Source: a virus
Lineage: Duplodnaviria > Caudoviricetes
Virus record (IMG/VR): IMGVR_UViG_3300033067_000968
Span: 1-24,481 of that record
DNA length: 24,481 bases
Reading direction: 5' to 3' (one strand)
In this document: positions 8,048 through 17,900 of the stretch, piece after piece
Position numbering within the stretch: the first letter of the stretch is position 1
Layout of the letters: each line of letters opens with the position of its first letter
Program-made: the position numbers and the translations under genes
The notes under the pieces: model-generated
The model's input: only the letters and a program-made list of their open reading frames with translations
Database searches by the model: none
Told to the model about the DNA's origin: nothing

Positions 8048-8313
8048 CCTTTCCGACGTACGTAGACCATGCATCTGCCAGCTTCCAACAGCCGGGCCGC
8101 TGGAGGATTCTCTGGCTGGCCCTCAAGCACCTGTTCACGGGCAGGGGGCTGACCTTCACTGCAGGTGTGCAAGTGTGTTTTGCAACTCCGGGGATCAGCG
8201 CAGAGTACTGGGTGAAGCAGAATTCCCAACCGTGGACGCACTGGGCCGTTTGCTTTGACGGCAAGGACGCGCGGGGGTTCATCAACGGCTATGAAGTAGG
8301 GAGGGACGGGTAA
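8044..8313 (+). CDS. Hypothetical protein (89 aa)
   Basis: RBS AGGAGG; ATGA coupling upstream and TAATG coupling downstream; C-terminal WTHWAVCFDG....FING. Confidence 0.75.
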   Translation: MTFPTYVDHASASFQQPGRWRILWLALKHLFTGRGLTFTAGVQVCFATPGISAEYWVKQNSQPWTHWAVCFDGKDARGFINGYEVGRDG

Positions 8314-8618
8314 TGGCGAAGACACCCGAAGGCAAAATAAAAGAGAAAATAACTGCTCTGTTAAAAGAGCACGGTGTATACTACTTCATGCCCGTCCAGA
8401 CAGGGTATGGCGCAGCGGGACTCGACTACCATTGCTGCCACCTAGGACGGGCGCTCTTCATCGAGGCAAAGGCACCGGGGAAGAAGCCGACGGACCGACA
8501 GTGGGACACCATCATTCAGATGCGTGCAGCAGGAGGGACAGTCTTTGTCGTCTACGATGACGAGACTCTCGCTGCTGTTTCGTCTTGGTTAGGAGAAGTG
8601 GAACGGTGGGCGCAGTAG
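8313..8618 (+). CDS. VRR-NUC domain nuclease / Holliday junction resolvase-like (101 aa)
   Basis: TPEGKIK, YFMP..TGYG..G.D, FIEAKAPGKKPT.RQ, I..AGG; position next to an SNF2 helicase is typical. Confidence 0.88.
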   Translation: MAKTPEGKIKEKITALLKEHGVYYFMPVQTGYGAAGLDYHCCHLGRALFIEAKAPGKKPTDRQWDTIIQMRAAGGTVFVVYDDETLAAVSSWLGEVERWAQ

Positions 8619-10147
8619 CAGACGTGCGAGTAAGTGATAAGCATCGGGCCTTGGTTGTCCCTTACCGCGAGGACATCAAGGCATTGATGCCACACGTCAA
8701 GACCGACGGCAAGGTGATGATCCTCCCGCACGGGCGGGAAGAAACCAAGATGCTGCGCAACATGGGCATGCAAGCACCGGCTCCCATCCTGCACCAATAC
8801 GACTGGGGTGGCACAGCACCCTTCGATAACCAGAAAGAAACAGCAGCGATGCTGACCATGAATCGCCGAGTGTACGTACTCAGCGAAATGGGTGTCGGCA
8901 AGACCCGCGCTGCGATTTTCGCCATCGACTTCCTGTTACGCATGGGTGAGGCCAAGAAGGTTCTCATCGTCGCCCCCCTGTCTACGCTCAACCCCACGTG
9001 GCGCTCCGAGATCATGCGCGTCATGCCTACCGAGAAAGTCGCTGTCTTGCATGGCAGCCGGCAACGTCGCCTTCAGCTCATGGCCGAGGACGCCCGCATC
9101 CACGTCATCAATCACGACGGGATTCAGGTTGTCCAGAAGGCCATGTTGCAGTGCGCGTATGACATCGTGGTGGTCGATGAGCTGCTGATGTACCGCAACC
9201 CCCGTACTGACCGCTGGAAGTCCCTGAACCCGATCTCTTCGCAGGCCAAATTCGTCTGGGGAATGACCGGCGCTCCTACGCCCAACTCCCCTCTTGATGC
9301 GTACGGGCAAATCAAGCTGTTAACTCCCACGCGTGTAAGCTCGTTCACGAACTTCCGCGACCGGGTCATGCAACGCCTGTCCACCTTCACGTGGATCGCC
9401 CGCCCGGCAGCGGCGGATACCATCCACGGCATGATGCAGCCGAGCGTTCGGTTCAAGCTGCGGGACTGCCACGACATCCCCGACACCACGTACATGACGC
9501 GGGTCGTTCCCCTCTCGAAGGTGCAGGACAAGTTCTACAAGGCCGTATTCACACATGCCAAGGCTCAATATCAGCAGCATGCCATCACGGCAGTGAACGA
9601 AGGGGTGAAGCTGAACAAACTGCTTCAGATTTCAGGGGGTTACGTTTACACGGCAGAGAAGAAGGTGCTGGGGTTGAACCCTGCGCCCCGCCTGCAGGAG
9701 CTGTCTGACCTATTGCAGGAGTGCGAGCACAAGGTTATCGTGTTCGTCCCCTACATACCTGCATTAAAACAGGTTTTAAACCACGTCCTGAAGACGCATA
9801 CAGCAGAAATGATCTATGGACAGACATCCAAGCGTGAGCGGGACAGGATCTTCTACGAGTTCCAGCACTCTGATACCCCACGAGTGCTGGTCGCCCAACC
9901 GGGGGCCATGTCCCACGGCCTCACGCTGACACGGTCGAAGATGATCGTGTGGTACTCCGCAACCAGCAACCTCGACACGTACATCCAAGCGAACGCTCGG
10001 ATCGTGCGTGCAGGACAAACCGACAAGACCGTCATCGTCCACTTGGAAAGCACCGCTGTCGAACGACGCGCATTCAAGCGCCTGCAGGCCAAAGAAAAAC
10101 TGCAGGGGATGTTGCTGGGACTGTTCGAAGGTACGTCCGATGAGTAA
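8606..10147 (+). CDS. SNF2-family (SF2) DNA helicase
   Basis: Walker A EMGVGKT, Ia VAPLS, Walker B VVDE, III MTGAP, V HGLTL, VI QANARIVRAGQ; GTG start at 8606 chosen because of AGGAG at 8591 (start uncertain). Confidence 0.92.
   Translation: MGAVADVRVSDKHRALVVPYREDIKALMPHVKTDGKVMILPHGREETKMLRNMGMQAPAPILHQYDWGGTAPFDNQKETAAMLTMNRRVYVLSEMGVGKTRAAIFAIDFLLRMGEAKKVLIVAPLSTLNPTWRSEIMRVMPTEKVAVLHGSRQRRLQLMAEDARIHVINHDGIQVVQKAMLQCAYDIVVVDELLMYRNPRTDRWKSLNPISSQAKFVWGMTGAPTPNSPLDAYGQIKLLTPTRVSSFTNFRDRVMQRLSTFTWIARPAAADTIHGMMQPSVRFKLRDCHDIPDTTYMTRVVPLSKVQDKFYKAVFTHAKAQYQQHAITAVNEGVKLNKLLQISGGYVYTAEKKVLGLNPAPRLQELSDLLQECEHKVIVFVPYIPALKQVLNHVLKTHTAEMIYGQTSKRERDRIFYEFQHSDTPRVLVAQPGAMSHGLTLTRSKMIVWYSATSNLDTYIQANARIVRAGQTDKTVIVHLESTAVERRAFKRLQAKEKLQGMLLGLFEGTSDE
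9764..9779. promoter_or_regulatory. Palindromic site copy 3, TTAAAAC-AG-GTTTTAA, inside the helicase CDS
   Basis: 7-bp arms with a 2-nt centre; 14 of 15 nt identical to copies 1 and 2; encoded by AT-rich codons TTA AAA CAG GTT TTA. Confidence 0.55.
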
Positions 10148-10197
10148 CGGTGCGGAGGCGATTTATAACCTCGCCACAATTTTTTTCTTCGACCCCC

Positions 10198-10225
10198 TTG
10201 CATATACATCACAACAGTGTATGAT
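10198..10225 (+). promoter_or_regulatory. Putative sigma70 promoter with overlapping ATACA-N9-TGTAT palindrome
   Basis: TTGCAT(10198-10203)-16 nt-TATGAT(10220-10225) in an AT-rich intergenic gap, preceded by a T7 run; palindrome at 10204-10222. Confidence 0.6.
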
Positions 10226-10256
10226 GACTTCCGTACCCAACACGGAGGGGGCTCCA

Positions 10257-10664
10257 ATGGATCTGAAACTACTGAAAGACGACCAGCTCATCAAGGTGTA
10301 CCGCAAACTGCGTGACGCACGTGACGCTGCCAAGGCCGAGTTTGTGAAGCAGCAGGCACCGGGCTTGAAGGCGATGGACAACATCGAGGGTGAACTGCTG
10401 CGCCGTATGCAAGAAGACGGGCAGAGCAACGTCAGCTGCAAAGGGGTCGGCGTAGCGATCCGCATGACAGACACGAAGGTCAAAGTCGAAAGTCAGACTG
10501 AGTTCTTCAAGTTCTGTCTCGATAGCCACAGCTACGACATGTTGGAAATCCGCGCGGCCAAGAAGGCGGTGGAAGAATACATGGAGAAGAACCAAGAACT
10601 TCCGCCGGGTCTGTCTGTGACTCGGGAAGAGTATGTAAACGTCCGCGCGCCTAGAGGAGGCTAA
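10257..10664 (+). CDS. Conserved-looking phage hypothetical protein (135 aa), helical N-terminus
   Basis: ATG 10257 after RBS GGAGG; the track's longer start (10008) overlaps the helicase and promoter and is unlikely. Confidence 0.8.
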   Translation: MDLKLLKDDQLIKVYRKLRDARDAAKAEFVKQQAPGLKAMDNIEGELLRRMQEDGQSNVSCKGVGVAIRMTDTKVKVESQTEFFKFCLDSHSYDMLEIRAAKKAVEEYMEKNQELPPGLSVTREEYVNVRAPRGG

Positions 10665-10668
10665 GACC

Positions 10669-11673
10669 ATGGGGAGCATCGTACCGTTCAAGGGCAATTC
10701 ACTGCCCGATTTTCTGATCGCATCAGACGCCGACAACAGCGAGTTTTCGCATGGTGCGGGGGAAGGCTTCGGCGTCCTCTCGTACCGGGGCAAGGTGTGG
10801 CGTCTGAAGCACAAGGGTGAGGAGCATGTCCTGACCAAAGACGGGGAGCCGACACAGCGCTTGAACCTCGTCATGATCCGGGCGAACAAGGGCTACTCGA
10901 AGATCTACTACGCGAAGAAGTACGCCGAGGGCGACGACGCCGCACCGGACTGCTTCAGCCCCGATGGCGTCAAGCCAGACCCGAGTGTGCAGCGCCCACA
11001 GTGCAAGACCTGCGAAGCCTGCCCGATGAACGTCTGGGGCTCGCGCATGACCGACGAGGGCAAGAAGGCCAAGGCGTGTCAGGATAGCCGCCGCATGGCT
11101 GTGCTGCTCATGGACCCGAAGCTGGACATCAGCACCGAGGAACCTGTGCTGCTCCGCATCCCGCCGGCCTCGCTGACTGAACTGAAGACCTACGCGGATG
11201 GCATGAGCAGGGCGGGCGTCGCGCTGTACAAGATCATCACGCAGGTATCCTTCGACACGGACGCATCCTTTCCGAAGCTGCTGTTCAAGGCATTCGGGTG
11301 GGACGAATCGCAAGCTGACACGTGGTCGGCACTGCGGGAGAGCGATACTGTGAAGCGCATTCTTGACGCTTCTGAAGTACCTGATACAGCAGCAACGACC
11401 ACTGCACAGCCCGTGCACGACACCGTGGTAGATGCTGAAGAGGAAGACGAGGACGAAGAAGTCCCGCCTCCCTCGAAACCGGCTTCAAAGGCCAAGGAGA
11501 CGCCCCCCTCCACCAAGCCCGCGAAGGCTGCACCCGCGAAGTCAGCGCCCAAAGTCAAAGCCGTCGCCCCCCCGGCGGACGATGATGAAGACGATGACGG
11601 CGAGGTCACAGACGTTGACGAGGATGACGCTGACGCTTTAGTTAGCAAGCTCCTAGCCGGCGACGACGACTAA
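10669..11673 (+). CDS. Putative single-stranded DNA-binding protein (334 aa)
   Basis: Cys cluster DC.S.DG..PD...C..CP.N.WGS...KAC; long P/A/K linker and very acidic tail; RBS GGAGG; sits between helicase and primase in its own promoter-terminator unit. Confidence 0.7.
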   Translation: MGSIVPFKGNSLPDFLIASDADNSEFSHGAGEGFGVLSYRGKVWRLKHKGEEHVLTKDGEPTQRLNLVMIRANKGYSKIYYAKKYAEGDDAAPDCFSPDGVKPDPSVQRPQCKTCEACPMNVWGSRMTDEGKKAKACQDSRRMAVLLMDPKLDISTEEPVLLRIPPASLTELKTYADGMSRAGVALYKIITQVSFDTDASFPKLLFKAFGWDESQADTWSALRESDTVKRILDASEVPDTAATTTAQPVHDTVVDAEEEDEDEEVPPPSKPASKAKETPPSTKPAKAAPAKSAPKVKAVAPPADDDEDDDGEVTDVDEDDADALVSKLLAGDDD

Positions 11674-11689
11674 GCATTCAGGATGTAGC

Positions 11690-11728
11690 AGGCACGCCTC
11701 TCGGTAGCTCCGGGGGCGTGCCTTTTTT
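11690..11728 (+). terminator. Intrinsic terminator
   Basis: AGGCACGCCTCTCGG-tagct-CCGGGGGCGTGCCT followed by a T-run, right after the SSB stop. Confidence 0.85.
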
Positions 11729-11745
11729 ATCGCTAGGGGGAAACC

Positions 11746-14628
11746 ATGGGGCTCTCGGTACAAGAGTTCTTTCGCCTCGTACTCCCGCCCGCCGGCTGGT
11801 TCTACGTTGTTGCTCTGGGTGGGGCGGTACGGAAGGGTAAGCACAAGGGGTACAAGACCCTCGACTCCAACGAAGCTGTTGGCTGGGCCATGGGAGAGTG
11901 GCAGCGCAGCCAGCTATCGGTGTACTTCACGCCCTGCACATGGACACAGCAGTACGTGCAGAACGAAGACGGCAAGAACAAGAACTGCCGCAAGCATCCT
12001 GAACTCGTTCATCGCCTCCGCTGCCTGTGGCTGGACATCGACAGCCTGAAGCTCAACCAAACGGTCAAGGAATCCTCGGCGGATCTCGTCAGATTCACCA
12101 AGCAGGTGGGCTTACCCCTGCCAAACGCCGTCGTCCGCACGGGTGGTGGCATCCACGTGTACTGGGCCTTTGACGAAGACCTGACACTGGCACAGTGGCA
12201 GCCCATGGCTGACGCCCTGAAGAACGCCTGCCAGATGCACGGCTTCAAGGCCGATCCGGTATGCACGGCGGACTCTGCCAGAGTGCTGCGCCTGCCCGGA
12301 TCGCGCAACTTCAAGTATCCCGACGGCCCGGTTGCCACCGTGTCCTACCTCAGCGAGCCACTCCCGCTCGATCCGGTGCAGAAGGCTCTCGCCAAGTATC
12401 AGGTCGACCCGCTGCCCTCGGCGCGCACTGCTGACCCGGGGATCAACGAGGAGTTCTCGGCGGGCGGCATCCAATACGAACCCGGACGGGTCGAGATCAT
12501 GGCCCAGAACTGCCCCCTGATCGCTGCTGTGGCGGCGGACGGCGGCGCGACCTGTGCCGAACCCCTGTGGAAGGGCCTGTTGCACATCTGTGCCCACGCC
12601 GCTGACGGCCCTGAGTGGGCGCACAAGCTCTCCAGCGGGCACCCCGCCTATGACCCCACGGAGACAGACCGAAAGCTCTCCCTGTGCGACCTGACGATCC
12701 CTCCTACGCGCTGCAAGACCTTGGAGGAGCACTACGGTGCACCTAGCCCCTGCGATACGTGCCCGCACAAGGGCAAGGTCAAGGGGCCGAGCGTACTGGG
12801 CAGGGAGCAGGGAAAGAGCACCATCAAGCCGCCCGAGGGGCTGCCTGACGGCTACTTCGTGACAGCCGGCGGGGTTTTCCACACCCGGGCCGGCAAGGAC
12901 GGAGAATCCGACTCCGTGGTCCGCGTCTGCCAAGTGCCCATCCTGCAGGTGCAAGTCCACGACATCTTCGAGCACAGCGCCAACGACGCGAAGATCACCC
13001 CGCACATCTACCTGACCTTCGCCGACCGGCGGGGCCGTACGCACACGGGGATGTTCCCCATGAGCATCCTGCCAGACTACCGGGCCTTGTACGCTGCCAT
13101 GTCCAGCATCAAGTTCCCCTTCACCCGACACGACCACAAGAACGGATTCGATACGCTCATGACAAACTGGGTCCAGAAACTCCGCGAGACGGGCGAGGTC
13201 ACCACGGGCAAGCCGCAGTTCGGGTGGCACATGAAGTCCCACGATGAGGCCGAGGGCTTCGCCATTGGGCGCACCATGTACCTGCCAGATGGCACCAGCA
13301 AGACCATGATGTGGCCTGACACGCAGCTGAACCACGTGTACAGCCCCGAGGGCAACATCGCAGAGTGGAGGAAGGCGGTCGACCTGCTGCTGCGCCGGAA
13401 CCGGCCCGAGCTGATGACCCTCGTGGCCGGCGCGTTCGCCGCCCCCCTGTTCACCTTTCTGGGCGAGTCCTCCGCTGTGGTGAGCGCCGTGAGCAGTCAG
13501 TCCGGGGTGGGCAAGTCTTCTGCCATGAAGGTCGCGCAGGCGGTATGGGGCAACCCCAAAACGGGCCTGACCTCGCTGGACGACACCGCCAAATCCGTGG
13601 CGCGCAAGATGGGCATCATCAAGAACCTGCCAGTGTTCTGGGATGAGCTGCGGCTCACCGATGACACCGCGCAGGAGTTCCTGCAGATGATGTTCCAGCT
13701 GTCACAAGGCAGGGAGAAAACCCGCCTGACCTCCGGGGTGGAGTTCCGTGAGGCGGGTACGTGGGAGACGATCCTCGTGTGCGCTTCGAATAACCACCTG
13801 TCCGAGTTTGCCTACGGCAGCGGGCAGCGCACCAACGCGAACTTGAAACGGCTGTTCGAATACGAGATCGCTTACGACGGGGAGACCCCGCAGGCAGTGG
13901 ACGGCACCGAGGTGTTCAACAACCTGCGCCACAACTATGGCCATGCCGGTATCGAGTACGCCAAGTTCCTCATCCAGAACGTCAAGCGCGTGCGTACAGA
14001 CGTGCTCACCATGAACCGGGCGCTATACAAGGCCACCGGGGCACGCAACGAAGACCGCTACTGGATCGGCACCATGGCCACCCTGCTGATGGGGGCGAAG
14101 TATGCCAAGGAGCTGGGCCTCGTCAATTTCGACACCACCGCGCTTAAAAACTTCCTCCTGCAGACCTACCAAGGCATGCAGGAAACCGAGGCAGAAGCCG
14201 CCGAGCTATCCCGCGTGGTGTACCACCTGCAGGAGTTCTTGCGTGAGAACGAAGGCGCGAGCATCGTGTTCAAATCTTCGCGACCCCGGCCCGGCCCCGG
14301 CCAAAAGGAAGAGCCCCTCGTTGCACGCATCCCGATGGATACCCGGCATGGACTGCTGTGGGAGTACTTCATCCCCTCCGGCACCGCGCGCATTTCTCGC
14401 CACGCGCTGAACGACTACCTACGCAAACGGAGCCTGCGCCGCAAGGAGTTCATCAAGGAGCTGGAAGCGCTGGGCTATATCTGCGCGGAAGTTCGCTGCA
14501 GCATGGGCGCGGGCACACGGTTCGAAGGCGTGACCCGCGCCTACTGCTACGAGATAGACATCCCCGCTGCGGATCGGAGCATCCTCAGCGCGTCTACCAG
14601 CGATGAGGACATCGCCGGGGGCATCTAG
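11746..14628 (+). CDS. Primase-helicase: RepB'/AEP-like primase, Cys cluster and DUF927 P-loop helicase (960 aa)
   Basis: LWLDID and TGGGIHVYW primase motifs, RVLRLPG; C...C..CP cluster; QFGW, Walker A SQSGVGKS, Walker B FWDE, ASN; RBS AGGGGG. Confidence 0.9.
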   Translation: MGLSVQEFFRLVLPPAGWFYVVALGGAVRKGKHKGYKTLDSNEAVGWAMGEWQRSQLSVYFTPCTWTQQYVQNEDGKNKNCRKHPELVHRLRCLWLDIDSLKLNQTVKESSADLVRFTKQVGLPLPNAVVRTGGGIHVYWAFDEDLTLAQWQPMADALKNACQMHGFKADPVCTADSARVLRLPGSRNFKYPDGPVATVSYLSEPLPLDPVQKALAKYQVDPLPSARTADPGINEEFSAGGIQYEPGRVEIMAQNCPLIAAVAADGGATCAEPLWKGLLHICAHAADGPEWAHKLSSGHPAYDPTETDRKLSLCDLTIPPTRCKTLEEHYGAPSPCDTCPHKGKVKGPSVLGREQGKSTIKPPEGLPDGYFVTAGGVFHTRAGKDGESDSVVRVCQVPILQVQVHDIFEHSANDAKITPHIYLTFADRRGRTHTGMFPMSILPDYRALYAAMSSIKFPFTRHDHKNGFDTLMTNWVQKLRETGEVTTGKPQFGWHMKSHDEAEGFAIGRTMYLPDGTSKTMMWPDTQLNHVYSPEGNIAEWRKAVDLLLRRNRPELMTLVAGAFAAPLFTFLGESSAVVSAVSSQSGVGKSSAMKVAQAVWGNPKTGLTSLDDTAKSVARKMGIIKNLPVFWDELRLTDDTAQEFLQMMFQLSQGREKTRLTSGVEFREAGTWETILVCASNNHLSEFAYGSGQRTNANLKRLFEYEIAYDGETPQAVDGTEVFNNLRHNYGHAGIEYAKFLIQNVKRVRTDVLTMNRALYKATGARNEDRYWIGTMATLLMGAKYAKELGLVNFDTTALKNFLLQTYQGMQETEAEAAELSRVVYHLQEFLRENEGASIVFKSSRPRPGPGQKEEPLVARIPMDTRHGLLWEYFIPSGTARISRHALNDYLRKRSLRRKEFIKELEALGYICAEVRCSMGAGTRFEGVTRAYCYEIDIPAADRSILSASTSDEDIAGGI

Positions 14629-14918
14629 CGTCCCTTGTTCGGCTTCGCCCCGTCCGTCATGCCGTGGCCTCGATTCTTCGAGGCTGACTGCACGGACACG
14701 TTCTTCAGTGAGTCCCCGCCGCCGTTCACGATGGCTTTCTTGTGGGACACGTCTTTCCCATCCCCCCGCTTCACCAATCCCGCCTGCTCTGCTTTGTAGC
14801 GGAGCTTCTTGCGGCGGCGATTGACCTCCCGCTGCTCCGGCGTCTGCTGGTACTCCCGACGATGTTCCTTCGTCTGGCTGGGGGTACGGTGGGTGACGGG
14901 GTCTCGCTTCTCAGCCAT
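14625..14918 (-). CDS. Small basic HNH-like endonuclease-domain protein (97 aa)
   Basis: GDGKDVSHKK....GG.....N.SV.SASKNR, a minimal beta-beta-alpha-Me pattern; RBS GGAG in the end of the giant gene; stop overlaps the primase stop (CTAG). Confidence 0.75.
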   Translation of the reverse strand: MAEKRDPVTHRTPSQTKEHRREYQQTPEQREVNRRRKKLRYKAEQAGLVKRGDGKDVSHKKAIVNGGGDSLKNVSVQSASKNRGHGMTDGAKPNKGR

Positions 14919-14923
14919 TTCAC

Positions 14924-17900
14924 TTACTCCAGATGTTTCACGTAGCGCAGCAGGTTCCGCTCGCGCTTGGGTACGTACACGCCATCCTGCCGCACGCCCG
15001 CTTCCTTCTTCGCCTTGTCCTTGCGCATGCGGTCCAGATCGTCAATGGTGATCTGGTACTCTGCCGGGACACCGCGATTGTACTCGGCGCGCAGCTCGCG
15101 AGCACGAGCGGGGTTGCCCCCGTTCCACGCCCGCTTGTACTGCTCCAAGGCATTGCTCTTCTGGGTGCGGTAGTTCGTCTGCAGGTTGTACATGATCGAC
15201 CGCCTCGTTGCCACACGCTCTTCGTGTGCCGTGCGGAAGCCAGTCCCCGTGACGATGCCGTCCCAGATGCCGATGGCCTCTTTCGAGGTGAGGTTGCCAG
15301 AGGTGTCCAGCATGCCTTCCGTCGAGAAGCGGAACGCCTTGGTGAAGTCGCGGAACATCTTGGGTGTCGACTGCTCGATGGCACGCAGGTAGTCCCCGTC
15401 GCCGAGGCTCTTTGCCGACTCCCCGAGGTTGCCGGCGAGGCCGCCCAGCGGGCCTACAGCACTCAGCAAGGCATTGGCTACACCTTGCCGCCCAGTGCTG
15501 GTGAACTCGAACAGGCGGTCATTGTAGAAGAGCATGTTGCTCAAGCTCAGACGCCCGTGCAAGTCCACTCCCAGCAGCTGGTAGGGCAGGCCCTTGGCCA
15601 GTGCTCCACCGACCTGCTGGCCGAAGGTTTCGATCAACGTGCGCTCCATGACCACGGCCCAAGGCTCGTCTGGCTCGTCATCGAACCCGTTCGCGATGGC
15701 CATGAGCGTCGCCATGGCTATCTTCACCGGCTCGAACGTCGCGCCGATCATCCCTGCTGCCAGCATGTGCCCGCCAAGGATGCGGGAGACGATCTTGAAC
15801 GCCTCGATGCGTTCCTCTTTCGTCTGGCCTTTCATCATGCGATACGTCTCACGCAGCATGAGGGCATACACGTGCTGTGCGTGCATCATGAACATGGTCG
15901 CCAGCTTGACCAGCTGACCGATGCCCGGCTGCCGGCCAGACATGTATCGGTTACGATTGCTGAGGGAGTAGTCGAACATGGAGTCTCGCACGGCGTCTGC
16001 AGCGGCTTGCACGGCTTTGCGATGCGCCTCTTCCTCGTTCACGCCCGGCATGCTGTCACGGGTCATCTGGTACGCCGCGATGGCAACGGACGACCGTCCG
16101 AACACCTCGCCGATCTGCGGCATGACTCGGGCCCACATCATGGGCCAGCTGCCATGAGGGTTGCCCCCCTTCGCCGCCGCTGCCATGTCCGTGTGCAAGC
16201 CCATGGTGAGCAGGTTCTGCTCGCCCAGCTCCTCCATCATGGCGATGACCTGTTCCTTGTGGTTCAGGTCGCTGCCACGGATGGAATCAGCCAGCTCTGT
16301 GCCAAGACGTGCACGGCGTGACAGATCCTCGAAGCTCCCGCCCGTTTCAAGGAAGTCGAACAGGGCAGGGTCAACTGCTTTGCCCGTGAGCCAACCGAAC
16401 CCGTACCCCGCCTTGCCTGCACGGCGGCGCATGGGGCGATTCATCGCTTTCATGGCCTGCAGCAGGTAACGCGAACTCGCCCGCCCGGTCTTGTTGCGAG
16501 CAGACAGAACAGGCAGTCCGTAGAGTGCCGGCTGAGTCAAACCGATGAGCCAGTACGAAGGCGACAAGAGCATGTACATGAAGCCGACGTTCGACGCGGC
16601 TTGCGTGACTGCGTTGTTGGAGTAGGGCAGGGCGTCCAGTTGGCGGTGCTGATGCAGTTCCCCGACGATCTTGCCCACCAGCAGCTTCTCCTTGTCCGAA
16701 GCTGTAGGGGAGTTCTGTATCGCGAGCTGGTAGTCCCGCAGTTGTTGCAGCGTGCGTGAGATGGCATTGCCATGCTCCAGCTGGGCCTTGTAATGCGCTG
16801 CGCCTCGGGCATGCTCCGCGAACCCGCGCACAAGATCGAGCGAGTAGCCAGCACGATTGGAACGGCGCAGCTCTGCCTTCTTGATCGAGGTCTCAGCCAT
16901 GAGTTCGATCATGGCAGCGGTGATCGCATTCCGCAGCGGTGCGTCATCCACGGGGAGGCGGGCGAGGATCTTCGCGTGCAGCGTAGAACCCTGTACGTCC
17001 CCCGTGCTGAAGTAGTCCGCCTTGGAACCGACGTTCGCAGTCCATCCTTCCTTGCGCAGCTCCTCTGCAGTTTCCAACGCAGGGCCGTCGTTCTCGAACA
17101 GCTGGAAGGTGTACTCGGAGTAGTCCCGGGTGCCTACGTGATTGCCCGATTCCAGATTCGCTTCGTCAACGACAACTTTCGGCTGGTCGAAACGCAAGGT
17201 CTTGTCACGGCGCTGGACACCACTCGACTTCGCACGCAGCTGTCGCTTGAGTGCCTTGCGGATCTCGTCAGACAGCAGGGCACGATACGTCGCCTCACCC
17301 TGCTCACCCCACAGGGTACGGTCCCCTAGCGTGCGCTCCATCTTGTCGACCACGGAGGCAACCAGTTCGGGCAGCAGGATATCCGTGTTGCCTACGGTGA
17401 CTGTCTTCGGGTTACGGGTTGCCTCCAGCACGGTGTCACCATGTCGCTTGGCCGCGATGTATGGCCCCTGCTTGCGCTGGTAGTACCGGGCAATGATCTG
17501 TTCGAGGGCCTCGTTCAGTGCCTCGGTCGTTTCCTTGTCAGCGGTTTCCCCGTCTCGACCTATCGCATCGAAGCGGCCAACTTCAGCGATGTCTCGCTTT
17601 TGCAGCAGGTCACGGGCAATGGCTTCCTTCTGCACGTCAGTCGGTGCATCGAATACATGGCCCTCGCTATCCGTCCAGCGGAACTTGAACGCCTGCAGCG
17701 TGTTCCGCATGAGCTGGAACGTCGTGCTGTCCCACTCATCCGCGTTGTGCTTCGTGAGTAGGGCGAACATCTTGCCCGCTTCGCCGTTCGTCAGCTGGTT
17801 GAGTGCTACGTGCTCGGCATGCAAGCGGTCGTAGTGCTCCTTGGCGTCAGCGATCTCTTCATCACTGCGGCGTTCCCACTGCTTGTTTTCGTCCTTGCTG

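Noticed and set aside
10155-10186. Terminator after the helicase
   Set aside because: Only a 4-5 bp stem with a 9-10 nt loop, separated from the T-run; the T-run is equally explained as a promoter UP-like element.
10008-10256. N-terminal extension of ORF 10008-10664
   Set aside because: Overlaps the helicase end and an AT-rich promoter region; ATG 10257 has a GGAGG RBS.
12112-13335. 407-aa minus-strand ORF
   Set aside because: Lies wholly antisense to the motif-bearing primase-helicase; no independent evidence.
14933-16321. 462-aa plus-strand ORF (also 17810-18694 and others)
   Set aside because: Antisense shadow of the giant gene; no motifs; such stop-free antisense frames are expected with GC-rich codon usage.
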